A stretch of 64,000 nt of DNA from Azolla caroliniana (Eukaryota; Plantae; Polypodiophyta). The first letter of the stretch is position 1; each line of letters opens with the position of its first letter. The position numbers were made by a program, and so were the translations under genes. The notes below the pieces were generated by a model. It saw only the letters and a list, made by a program, of their open reading frames with translations, ran no database searches and was not told the origin of the DNA. The stretch covers positions 186,001 through 250,000 of the forward strand of contig JBHGNT010000024.1 in NCBI GenBank assembly GCA_043228905.1, written 5' to 3'. Shown here in pieces: positions 1 to 12,900 of this stretch.

Positions 1-1275
1 CCTAATTTGAGGAGTGAGTTGAGAAGAGCTAGTAGGTAAATTTAAATGTTCATACCTGGCTCGTGTCATATCGGATTTATGTGTTGAAATATGCGAATCG
101 AAGCTAACAACGCTACCTATGATATGGAATTAAAAAATCAAGATTTTGAAACTCAGGTCGAGAGACATGACGAAAATAGCAAACTTGAGGAGGGAGTTGA
201 GAAGAGCCCTTGAGTAAATTAAAATTTTCATACCTGGCTCGTGTGATATCGAATTTTTGTGTTCAAACATGCGAATCGAAGCTAACAAGGCTACCTATGA
301 TATGGAATTAAAAAATCAAGATTTTAAAACTCAGGTCGAGAGACATGACGAAAATAGCAAACTTGAGGAGGGAGTTGAGAGGAGCCCTTGAGTAAATTAA
401 AATCTTCATACCTGGCTCGTGTGATATCGGATTTTTGTGTTCAAACATGCAAACCGAAGCTAGCAATGCTAGCTATGATATGAAATTAAAAAATCAAGAT
501 TTTAAAACTCAAGTCCAGAGACATGACGAAATTACCTAATTTGAGGAGTGAGTTGAGAAGAGCTAGTAGGTAAATTTAAATGTTCATACCTGGCTCGTGT
601 CATATCGGATTTTTGTGTTCAAACATGCGAATCGAAGCTAACAACGCTAGCTATGATATAGAATTAAAAAATCAATATTTTGAAATTCAGGTCGAGAGAC
701 ATGACGAAAATACCAAACTTGAGGAGGGAGTTGAGAGGAGCCCTTGAGTAAATTAAAATGTTCATACCTGGCTCGTGTGATATCGGATTTTTGTGTTCAA
801 ACATGCAAATCGAAGCTAACAACGCTACCTATGATATGGAATTAAAAAATCAAGATTTTATAACTCAAGTCCAGAGACATGACGAAATTACCAAATTTGA
901 GGAGTGAGTTGAAAAGAGGTAGTAGGTAAATTAAAATGTTCATACCTGGCTCGTGTCATATCGGATTTATGTGTTCAAATATGCGAATCGAAGCTAACAC
1001 CGCTAGCTATGAGATGGAATTAAAAAATCAAGATTTTGAAACTCCGGTCGACAGACATGATGAAAATAGCAAACTTGAGGAGGGAGTGGAGAAGAGCCCT
1101 TGAGTAAATTAAAATGTTCATACCTTGCTCGTATGATATCGAATTTTTGTGTTCAAACATGCGAATCGAAGCTAACAACCCTACCTATGATATGGAATTA
1201 AAAAATCAAGATTTTGAAACTCAGGTCGAGAGACATGACGAAAATAGCAAACTTGAGGAGGGAGTTGAGAGGAGC
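1..1275. repeat. ~7-monomer block, also present at ~5519-6793 and ~12816-14090
   Basis: Same ordered private variants (GTTGAAAT, AACAAGG, AATCTTCATA, AAACCGAAG, CAATATTTTGAAATTC, TTTATAACTC, CTCCGGTCGACAG, CCTTGCTCGTATG). Offset 5518 = 31x178, then 7297. Confidence 0.9.
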
Positions 1276-3966
1276 CCTTGAGTAAATTAAAATGTTCATA
1301 TCGGGCTCGTGTGATATCGGATTTTTGTGTTCAAACATGCAAATCGAAGCTAACAATGCTAGCTATGATATGGAATTAAAAAATCAAGAATTTGAAACTC
1401 AGGTCGAGAGATGTGACGAAATTACCAAATTTGAGAAATGATTTGAGAGGAGCCCTTGAGTAAATTAAAATGTTCATATCGGGCTCGTGTGATATCGGAT
1501 TTTTGTGTTCAAACATGCAAATCGAAGCTAACAATACTAGCTATGATATGGAATTAAAAAATCAAGAATTTGAAACTCAGGTCGAGAGATGTGACGAAAT
1601 TACCAAATTTGAGAAATGATTTGAGAGGAGCCCTTGAGTAAATTAAAATGTTCATATCGGGCTCGTGTGATATCGGATTTTTGTGTTCAAACATGCAAAT
1701 CGAAGCTAACAATGCTACCTATGATATGGAATTAAAAAATCAAGAATTTGAAACTCAGGTCGAGAGATGTGACGAAATTACCAAATTTGAAGAGTGAATT
1801 GAGAAGAGCTAGTAGGTAAATTAAAATGTTCATATCGGGCTCGTGTGATATCGGATTATTGTGTTCAAACATGCAAATCGAAGCTAACAACGCTACCTAT
1901 GATATGGAATTAAAAAATCAAGATTTTGAAACTCAGGTCGAGAGACATGACGAAAATAGCAAACTTGAGGAGGGAGTTGAGAGGAGCCCTTGAGTAAATT
2001 AAAATGTTCATACCTGGCTCTTGTGATATTGGATTTTTGTGTTCAAACATGCAAATCGAAGCTAGCAACGCTAGCTATGATATGGAATTAAAAAATCAAG
2101 ATTTTGAAACTCAGGTCGAGAGACATGACGAAAATAGCAAACTTGAGGAGGGAGTTGAGAGGAGCCCTTGAGTAAATTAAAATGTTCATACCTGGCTCGT
2201 GTGATATCGGATTTTTGTGTTCAAACATGCGAATCGAAGCTGGCGACGCTACCTATGATATGGAACTAAAAAATCAAGATTTTGAACCTCAGGTCGAGAG
2301 ACATGACGAAAATAGCAAACTTGAGGAGGGAGTTGAGAGGAGCCCTTGAGTAAATTAAAATGTTCATACCTGGCTCGTGTGATATCGGATTTTTGTGTTC
2401 AAACATGCGAATCGAAGCTTGCAACGCTAGCTATGATATGGAATTAAAAAATCAAGATTTTGAAACTCAGGTCGAGAGACATGACGAAAATAGCAAACTT
2501 GAGGAGGGAGTTGAGAAGAGCCCTTGAGTAAATTAAAATGTTCATACCTAGCTCGTGTGATATCGAATTTTTGTGTTCAAACATGCGAATCGAAGCTAAC
2601 AACGCTAGCTATGATATGGAATTAAAAAATCAAGAATTTGAAACTCAGGTCGAGAGATGTGACGAAATTACCAAATTTGAGGAGTGATTTCAGAGGAGCC
2701 CTTGAGTAAATTAAAATGTTCATATCGGGCTCGTGTGATATCGGATTTTTGTGTTCAAACATGCAAATCGAAGCTAACAACGCTACCTATGATATGGAAT
2801 TAAAAAATCAAGATTTTGAAACTCAGGTCGAGAGACATGACGAAAATAGCAAACTTGAGGAGGGAGTTGAGAGGAGCCCTTGAGTAAATTAAAATGTTCA
2901 TACCTGGCTCGTCTGGTATCGGATTTTTGTGTTCAAACATGCGAATCGAAGCTCGCGACGCTACCTATGATATGGAATTAAGAAATCAAGATTTTGAAAG
3001 TCAGGTCGAGAGATGTGACGAAATTACCAAATTTGAGGAGTGATTTGAGAGGAGCCCTTGAATAAATTAAAATGTTCATATCGGGCTCGTGTGATATCGG
3101 ATTTTTGTGTTCAAACATGCAAATCGAAGCTAACAACGCTACCTATGATATGGAATTAAAAAATCAAGATTTTAAAACTCAGGTCGAGAGACATGACGAA
3201 AATAGCAAACTTGAGGAGGGAGTTGAGAGGAGCCCTTGAGTAAATTAAAATGTTCATACCTGGCTCGTGTGATATCGGATTTTTGTGTTCAAACATGCAA
3301 ATCGAAGCTAGCAACGCTAGCTATGATATGGAATTAAAAAATCAAGATTTTGAAACTCAGGTCGAGAGACATAACGAAAATAGCAAACTTGAGGAGGGAG
3401 TTGAGAGGAGCCCTTGAGTAAATTAAAATGTTCATACCTGGCTCTTGTGATATCGGATTTTTGTGTTCAAACATGCAAATCGAAGCTAACAAGGCTACCT
3501 ATGCTATGGAATTAAAAAATCAAGATTTTGAAACTCAGGTCGAGAGACATGACGAAAATAGCAAACTTGAGGAGGGAGTTGAGAGGAGCCCTTGAGTTAA
3601 TTAAAATGTTCATACCTGGCTCGTGTGGTATCGGATTTTTGTGTTCAAACATGCGAATCGAAGCTAACAATGCTAGCTATGATATGGAATTAAAAAATCA
3701 AGATTTTAAAACTCAAGTCCAGAGACATGACGAAATTACCTAATTTGAGGAGTGAGTTGAGAAGAGCTAGTAGGTAAATTTAAATGTTCATACCTGGCTC
3801 GTGTCATATCGGATTTATTTGTTCAAATATGCGAATCGAAGCTAACAACGCTAGCTATGATATGGAATTAAAAAATCAAGATTTTGAAACTCAGGTCGAG
3901 AGACATGACGAAAATAGCAAACTTGAGGAGGGAGTTGAGAAGAGCCCTTGAGTAAATTAAAATGTT

Positions 3967-6900
3967 CATACCTGGCTCGTGTGATATCGAATTTTTGTGT
4001 TCAAACATGCGAATCGAAGCTAACAACGCTACCTATGATATGGAATTAAAAAATCAAGATTTTAAAACTCAGGTCGAGAGACATGACGAAAATAGCAAAC
4101 TTGAGGAGGGAGTTGAGAGGAGCCCTTGAGTAAATTAAAATGTTCATACCTGGCTCGTGTGATATCGGATTTTTGTGTTCAAACATGCGAATCGAAGCTG
4201 GCGACGCTACCTATGATATGGAACTAAAAAATCAAGATTTTGAACCTCAGGTCGAGAGACATGACGAAAATAGCAAACTTGAGGAGGGAGTTGAGAGGAG
4301 CCCTTGAGTAAATTAAAATGTTCATACCTGGCTCGTGTGATATCGGATGTTTGTGTTGAAACATGCGAATCGAAGCTAGCAACGCTACCAATGATATGGA
4401 ATTAAAAAATCAAGATTTTGAAACTCAGGTCGAGAGACATGACGAAAGTAGCAAACTTGAGGAGGGAGTTGAGAAGAGCCCTTGAGTAAATTAAAATTTT
4501 CATACCTGGCTCGTGTGATATCGAATTTTTGTGTTCAAACATGCGAATCGAAGCTAACAACGCTACCTATGATATGGAATTAAAAAATCAAGATTTTGAA
4601 ACTCAGGTCGAGAGACATGACGAAAATAGCAAACTTGAGGAAGGAGTTGAGAAGAGCTAGTAGGTAAATTAAAATGTTCATACCTGGCTCGTGTGATATC
4701 GGATTTTTGTTTTCAAACATGCGAATTGAAGCTAACAACGCTAGCTATGATATGGAATTAAAAAATCAAGAATATGAAACTCAGGTCGAGAGATGTGACG
4801 AAATTACCAAATTTGAGAAGTGATTTGAGAGGAGCCCTTGAGTAAATTAAAATGTTCATATCGGGCTCGTGTGATATCGGATTTTTGTGTTCAAACATGC
4901 AAATCGAAGCCAACAATGCTACCTATGATATGGAATTAAAAAATCAAGAATTTAAAACTCAGGTCGAGAGATGTGACGAAATTACCAAATTTGAAGAGTG
5001 AATTGAGAAGAGCTAGTAGGTAAATTAAAATGTTCATATCGGGCTCGTGTGATATCGGATTATTGTGTTCAAACATGCAAATCGAAGCTGACAACGCTAC
5101 CTATGATATGGAATTAAAAAATCAAGAATTTGAAACTCAGGTCGAGAGAAATGACGAAAATAGCAAACTTGAGGAGGGAGTTGAGAGGAGCCCTTGAGTA
5201 AATTAAAATGTTCATACCTGGCTCGTGTGATATCGGATTTTTGTGTTCAAACATGCGAATCGAAGCTGGCGACGCTACCTATGATATGGAATTAAAAAAT
5301 CAAGATTTCGAAACTCAGGTCGAGAGACATGACGAAAATAGCAAACTTGAGGAGGGAGTTGAGAGGAGCCCTTGAGTTAATTAAAATGTTCATACCTGGT
5401 TCGTGTGGTATCGGATTTTTGTGTTCAAACATGCGAATCGAAGCTAACAATGCTAGCTATGATATGGAATTAAACAATCAAGATTTTAAAACTCAAGTCC
5501 AGAGACATGACGAAATTACCTAATTTGAGGAGTGAGTTGAGAAGAGCTAGTAGGTAAATTTAAATGTTCATACCTGGCTCGTGTCATATCGGATTTATGT
5601 GTTGAAATATGCGAATCGAAGCTAACAACGCTACCTATGATATGGAATTAAAAAATCAAGATTTTGAAACTCAGGTCGAGAGACATGACGAAAATAGCAA
5701 ACTTGAGGAGGGAGTTGAGAAGAGCCCTTGAGTAAATTAAAATTTTCATACCTGGCTCGTGTGATATCGAATTTTTGTGTTCAAACATGCGAATCGAAGC
5801 TAACAAGGCTACCTATGATATGGAATTAAAAAATCAAGATTTTAAAACTCAGGTCGAGAGACATGACGAAAATAGCAAACTTGAGGAGGGAGTTGAGAGG
5901 AGCCCTTGAGTAAATTAAAATCTTCATACCTGGCTCGTGTGATATCGGATTTTTGTGTTCAAACATGCAAACCGAAGCTAGCAATGCTAGCTATGATATG
6001 AAATTAAAAAATCAAGATTTTAAAACTCAAGTCCAGAGACATGACGAAATTACCTAATTTGAGGAGTGAGTTGAGAAGAGCTAGTAGGTAAATTTAAATG
6101 TTCATACCTGGCTCGTGTCATATCGGATTTTTGTGTTCAAACATGCGAATCGAAGCTAACAACGCTAGCTATGATATAGAATTAAAAAATCAATATTTTG
6201 AAATTCAGGTCGAGAGACATGACGAAAATACCAAACTTGAGGAGGGAGTTGAGAGGAGCCCTTGAGTAAATTAAAATGTTCATACCTGGCTCGTGTGATA
6301 TCGGATTTTTGTGTTCAAACATGCAAATCGAAGCTAACAACGCTACCTATGATATGGAATTAAAAAATCAAGATTTTATAACTCAAGTCCAGAGACATGA
6401 CGAAATTACCAAATTTGAGGAGTGAGTTGAAAAGAGGTAGTAGGTAAATTAAAATGTTCATACCTGGCTCGTGTCATATCGGATTTATGTGTTCAAATAT
6501 GCGAATCGAAGCTAACACCGCTAGCTATGAGATGGAATTAAAAAATCAAGATTTTGAAACTCCGGTCGACAGACATGATGAAAATAGCAAACTTGAGGAG
6601 GGAGTGGAGAAGAGCCCTTGAGTAAATTAAAATGTTCATACCTTGCTCGTATGATATCGAATTTTTGTGTTCAAACATGCGAATCGAAGCTAACAACCCT
6701 ACCTATGATATGGAATTAAAAAATCAAGATTTTGAAACTCAGGTCGAGAGACATGACGAAAATAGCAAACTTGAGGAGGGAGTTGAGAGGAGCACTTGAG
6801 TAAATTAAAATGTTCATACCTGGCTCGTGTGATATCGGAGTTTTGTGTTCAAACATGCGAATCGAAGCTGGCGACGCTACCTATGATATGGAATTAAAAA

Positions 6901-9900
6901 ATCAAGATTTTGAAACTCAGGTCGAGAGACATAACGAAAATAGCAAACTTGAGGAGGGGGTTGAGAGGAGCCCTTGAGTAAATTAAAATGTTCATAGCTG
7001 GCTCTTGTGATATCGGATTTTTGTGTTCAAACATGCAAATCGAAGCTAACAACGCTACCTATGATATGGAATTAAAAAATCAAGATTTTAAAACGCAAGT
7101 CCAGAGACATGACGAAATTACCAAATTTGAGGAGTGAGTTGAGAAGAGGTAGTAGGTAAATTAAAATGTTCATACCTGGCTCGTGTCATATCGGATTTAT
7201 GTGTTCAAATATGCGAATCGAAGCTAACAACGCTACCTATGATATGGAATTAAAAAATCAAGATTTTAAAACTCAGGTCGAGAGACATGACGAAAATAGC
7301 AAACTTGAGGAGGGAGTTGAGAGGAGCCCTTGAGTAAATTAAAATGTTCATACCTGGCTCGTGTGATATCGGATGTTTGTGTTCAAACATGCGAATCGAA
7401 GCTAGCAACGCTAGCTATGATATGGAATTAAAAAATCAAGATTTTGAAACTCAGGTCGAGAGACATGACGAAAGTAGCAAACTTGAGGAGGGAGTTGAGA
7501 AGAGCCCTTGAGTAAATTAAAATTTTCATACCTGGCTCGTGTGATATCGAATTTTTGTGTTCAAACATGCGAATCGAAGCTAACAACGCTACCTATGATA
7601 TGGAATTAAAAAATCAAGATTTTGAAACTCAGGTCGAGAGACATGACGAAAATAGCAAACTTGAGGAGTGAGTTGAGGAGAGGTAGTAGGTAAATTAAAA
7701 TGTTCATACCTGGCTCTTGTGATATTGGATTTTTGTGTTCAAACATGCAAATCGAAGCTGGCGACGCTACCTATGATATGGAACTAAAAAATCAAGATTT
7801 TGAACCTCAGGTCGAGAGACATGACGAAAATAGCAAACTTGAGGAGGGAGTTGAGAGGAGCCCTTGAGTAAATTAAAATGTTCATACCTGGCTCGTGTGA
7901 TATCGGATTTTTGTGTTCAAACATGCGAATCGAAGCTAACAATGCTAGCTATGATATGGAATTAAAAAATCAAGATTTTAAAACTCAAGTCCAGAGACAT
8001 GACGAAATTACCTAATTTGAGGAGTGAGTTGAGAAGAGCTAGTAGGTAAATTTAAATGTTCATACCTGGCTCGTGTCATATCGGATTTATTTGTTCAAAT
8101 ATGCGAATCGAAGCTAACAACGCTAGCTATGATATGGAATTAAAAAATCAAGATTTTGAAACTCAGGTCGAGAGACATGACGAAAATAGCAAACTTGAGG
8201 AGGGAGTTGAGAGGAGCCCTTGAGTAAATTAAAATGTTCATATCGGGCTTGTGTGGTATCGGATTTTTGTGTTCAAACATGCAAATCGAAGCTAACAAGG
8301 CTACCTATGATATGGAATTAATAAATCAAGAATTTGAAACTCAGGTCAAGAGATATGACGAAAATAGCAAACTTGAGGAGGGAGTTGAGAGGAGCCCTTG
8401 AGTTAATTAAAATGTTCATACCTGGCTCGTGTGGTATCGGATTTTTGTGTTCAAACATGCGAATCGAAGCTAACAATGCTAGCTATGATATGGAATTAAA
8501 AAATCAAGATTTTAAAACTCAAGTCCAGAGACATGACGAAATTACCTAATTTGAGAAGTGAGTTGAGAAGAGCTAGTAGGTAAATTTAAATGTTCATACC
8601 TGGCTCGTGTCATATCGGATTTATTTGTTCAAATATGCGAATCGAAGCTAACAACGCTAGCTATGATATGGAATTAAAAAATCAAGATTTTGAAACTCAG
8701 GTCGAGAGACATGACGAAAATAGCAAACTTGAGGAGGGAGTTGAGAAGAGCCCTTGAGTAAATTAAAATGTTCATACCTGGCTCGTGTGATATCGAATTT
8801 TTGTGTTCAAACATGCGAATCGAAGCTAACAACGCTACCGATGATATGGAATTAAAAAATCAAGATTTTAAAACTCAGGTCGAGAGACATGACGAAAATA
8901 GCAAACTTGAGGAGGGAGTTGAGAGGATCCCTTGAGTAAATTAAAATGTTCATACCTAGCTCGTGTGATATCGGATTTTTGTGTTCAAACATGCGAATCG
9001 AAGCTAACAACGCTAGCTATGATATGGAATTAAAAAATCAAGAATTTGAAACTCAGGTCGAGAGATGTGACGAAATTACCAAATTTGAGAAGTGATTTGA
9101 GAGGAGCCCTTGAGTAAATTAAAATGTTCATATCGGGCTCGTGTGATATCGGATTTTTGTGTTCAAACTTGCAAATCGAAGCTAACAACGCTACCTATGA
9201 TATGGAATTAAAAAATCAAGAATTTGAAACTCAGGTCGAGAGACATGACGAAAATAGCAAACTTGAGGAGGGAGTTGAGAGGAGCCCTTGAGTAAATTAA
9301 AATGTTCATATCGGGCTTGTGTGCTATCGGATTTTTGTGTTCAAACATGCAAATCGAAGCTAACAAGGCTACCTATGATATGGAATTAATAAATCAAGAA
9401 TTTGAAACTCAGGTCGAGAGATATGACGAAAATAGCAAACTTGAGGAGGGAGTTGAGAGGAGCCCTTGAGTTAATTAAAATGTTCATACCTGGCTCGTGT
9501 GGTATCGGATTTTTGTGTTCAAACATGCGAATCGAAGCTAACAATGCTAGCTATGATATGGAATTAAAAAATCAAGATTTTAAAACTCAAGTCCAGAGAC
9601 ATGACGAAATTACCTAATTTGAGGAGTGAGTTGAGAAGAGCTAGTAGGTAAATTTAAATGTTCATACCTGGCTCGTGTCATATCGGATTTATTTGTTCAA
9701 ATATGCGACTCGAAGCTAACAACGCTAGCTATGATATGGAATTAAAAAATCAAGATTTTGAAACTCAGGACGAGAGACATGACGAAAATAGCAAACTTGA
9801 GGAGGGAGTTGAGAAGAGCCCTTGAGTAAATTAAAATGTTCATACCTGGCTCGTGTGATATCGAATTTTTGTGTTCAAACATGCGAATCGAAGCTAACAA

Positions 9901-12900
9901 CGCTACCGATGATATGGAATTAAAAAATCAAGATTTTAAAACTCAGGTCGAGAGACATGACGAAAATAGCAAACTTGAGGAGGGAGTTGAGAGGAGCCCT
10001 TGAGTAAATTAAAATGTTCATACCTGGCTCGTGTGATATCGGATTTTTGTGTTCAAACATGCGAATCGAAGCTAGCAACGCTAGCTATGATATGGAATTA
10101 AAAAATCAAGATTTTGAAACTCAGGACGAGAGACATGACGAAAATAGCAAACTTGAGGAGGGAGTTGAGAAGAGCCCTTGAGTAAATTAAAATGTTCATA
10201 CCTGGCTCGTGTGATATCGAATTTTTGTGTTCAAACATGCGAATCGAAGCTAACAACGCTACCGATGATATGGAATTAAAAAATCAAGATTTTAAAACTC
10301 AGGTCGAGAGACATGACGAAAATAGCAAACTTGAGGAGGGAGTTGAGAGGAGCCCTTGAGTAAATTAAAATGTTCATACCTGGCTCGTGTGATATCGGAT
10401 TTTTGTGTTCAAACATGCGAATCGAAGCTAGCAACGCTAGCTATGATATGGAATTAAAAAATCAAGATTTTGAAACTCAGGTCGAGAGACATGACGAAAA
10501 TAGCAAACTTGAGGAGGGAGTTGAGAAGAGCCCTTGAGTAAATTAAAATGTTCATACCTGGCTCGTGTGATATCGAATTTTTGTGTTCAAACATGCGAAT
10601 CGAAGCTAACAACGCTAGCTATGATATGGAATTAAAAAATCAAGATTTTAAAACTCAGGTCGAGAGACATGACGAAAATAGCAAACTTGAGGAGTGAGTT
10701 GAGAAGAGCCCTTGAGTAAATTAAAATGTTCATACCTGGCTCGTGTGATATCGAATTTTTGTGTTCAAACATGCGAATCGAAGCTAACAACGCTACCTAT
10801 GATATGGAATAAAAAAATCAAGATTTTGAAACTCAGGTCGAGAGACATGACGAAAATAGCAAACTTGAGGAGTGAGTTGAGAGGAGCACTTGAGTAAATT
10901 AAAATGTTCATACCTGGCTCGTATGATATCGGAGTTTTGTGTTCAAACATGCGAATCGAAGCTGGCGACGCTACCTATGATATGGAATTAAAAAATCAAG
11001 ATTTTGAAACTCAGGTCGAGAGACATAACGAAAATAGCAAACTTGAGGAGGGAGTTGAGAGGAGCCCTTGAGTAAATTAAAATGTTCATAGCTGGCTCTT
11101 GTGATATCGGATTTTTGTGTTCAAACATGCAAATCGAAGCTAACAACGCTAGCTATGATATGGAATTAAAAAATCAAGATTTTAAAACGAAGTCCAGAGA
11201 CATGACGAAATTACCAAATTTGAGGAGTGAGCTGAGAAGAGCTAGTAGGTAAATTAAACTTCTCATACCTGGCTCGTGTGATATCGAATTTTTGTGTTCA
11301 AACATGCGAATCGAAGCTAACAACGCTACCTATGATATGGAATTAAAAAATCAAGATTTTAAAACTCAGGTCGAGAGACATGACGAAAATAGCAAACTTG
11401 AGGAGGGAGTTGAGAGGAGCCCTTGAGTAAATTAAAATGTTCATACCTGGCTCGTGTGATATCGGATTTTTGTGTTCAAACATGCGAATCGAAGCTGGCG
11501 ACGCTACCTATGATATGGAACTAAAAAATCAAGATTTTGAACCTCAGGTCGAGAGACATGACGAAAATAGCAAACTTGAGGAGGGAGTTGAGAGGAGCCC
11601 TTGAGTAAATTAAAATGTTCATACCTGGCTCGTGTGATATCGGATGTTTGTGTTGAAACATGCGAATCGAAGCTAGCAACGCTACCAATGATATGGAATT
11701 AAAAAATCAAGATTTTGAAACTCAGGTCGAGAGACATGACGAAAGTAGCAAACTTGAGGAGGGAGTTGAGAAGAGCCCTTGAGTAAATTAAAATTTTCAT
11801 ACCTGGCTCGTGTGATATCGAATTTTTGTGTTCAAACATGCGAATCGAAGCTAACAACGCTACCTATGATATGGAATTAAAAAATCAAGATTTTGAAACT
11901 CAGGTCGAGAGACATGACGAAAATAGCAAACTTGAGGAAGGAGTTGAGAAGAGCTAGTAGGTAAATTAAAATGTTCATACCTGGCTCGTGTGATATCGGA
12001 TTTTTGTTTTCAAACATGCGAATTGAAGCTAACAACGCTAGCTATGATATGGAATTAAAAAATCAAGAATATGAAACTCAGGTCGAGAGATGTGACGAAA
12101 TTACCAAATTTGAGAAGTGATTTGAGAGGAGCCCTTGAGTAAATTAAAATGTTCATATCGGGCTCGTGTGATATCGGATTTTTGTGTTCAAACATGCAAA
12201 TCGAAGCCAACAATGCTACCTATGATATGGAATTAAAAAATCAAGAATTTAAAACTCAGGTCGAGAGATGTGACGAAATTACCAAATTTGAAGAGTGAAT
12301 TGAGAAGAGCTAGTAGGTAAATTAAAATGTTCATATCGGGCTCGTGTGATATCGGATTATTGTGTTCAAACATGCAAATCGAAGCTGACAACGCTACCTA
12401 TGATATGGAATTAAAAAATCAAGAATTTGAAACTCAGGTCGAGAGAAATGACGAAAATAGCAAACTTGAGGAGGGAGTTGAGAGGAGCCCTTGAGTAAAT
12501 TAAAATGTTCATACCTGGCTCGTGTGATATCGGATTTTTGTGTTCAAACATGCGAATCGAAGCTGGCGACGCTACCTATGATATGGAATTAAAAAATCAA
12601 GATTTCGAAACTCAGGTCGAGAGACATGACGAAAATAGCAAACTTGAGGAGGGAGTTGAGAGGAGCCCTTGAGTTAATTAAAATGTTCATACCTGGTTCG
12701 TGTGGTATCGGATTTTTGTGTTCAAACATGCGAATCGAAGCTAACAATGCTAGCTATGATATGGAATTAAACAATCAAGATTTTAAAACTCAAGTCCAGA
12801 GACATGACGAAATTACCTAATTTGAGGAGTGAGTTGAGAAGAGCTAGTAGGTAAATTTAAATGTTCATACCTGGCTCGTGTCATATCGGATTTATGTGTT

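Noticed and set aside
185-210. Purine-rich GAGGAGGGAG as Shine-Dalgarno site or G-quadruplex
   Set aside because: The context is non-coding satellite, and there is only one GGG run per monomer, too few for a canonical G4.
1-400. Tandem 5S rRNA, tRNA or snRNA gene cluster
   Set aside because: No recognisable 5S, tRNA or snRNA sequence, and no conserved-gene/variable-spacer partition.
1290-1310. CENP-B box near CATATCGGG or the reverse-strand TTTCGTC
   Set aside because: The core pattern TTCG-N4-A-N2-CGGG is not formed on either strand.
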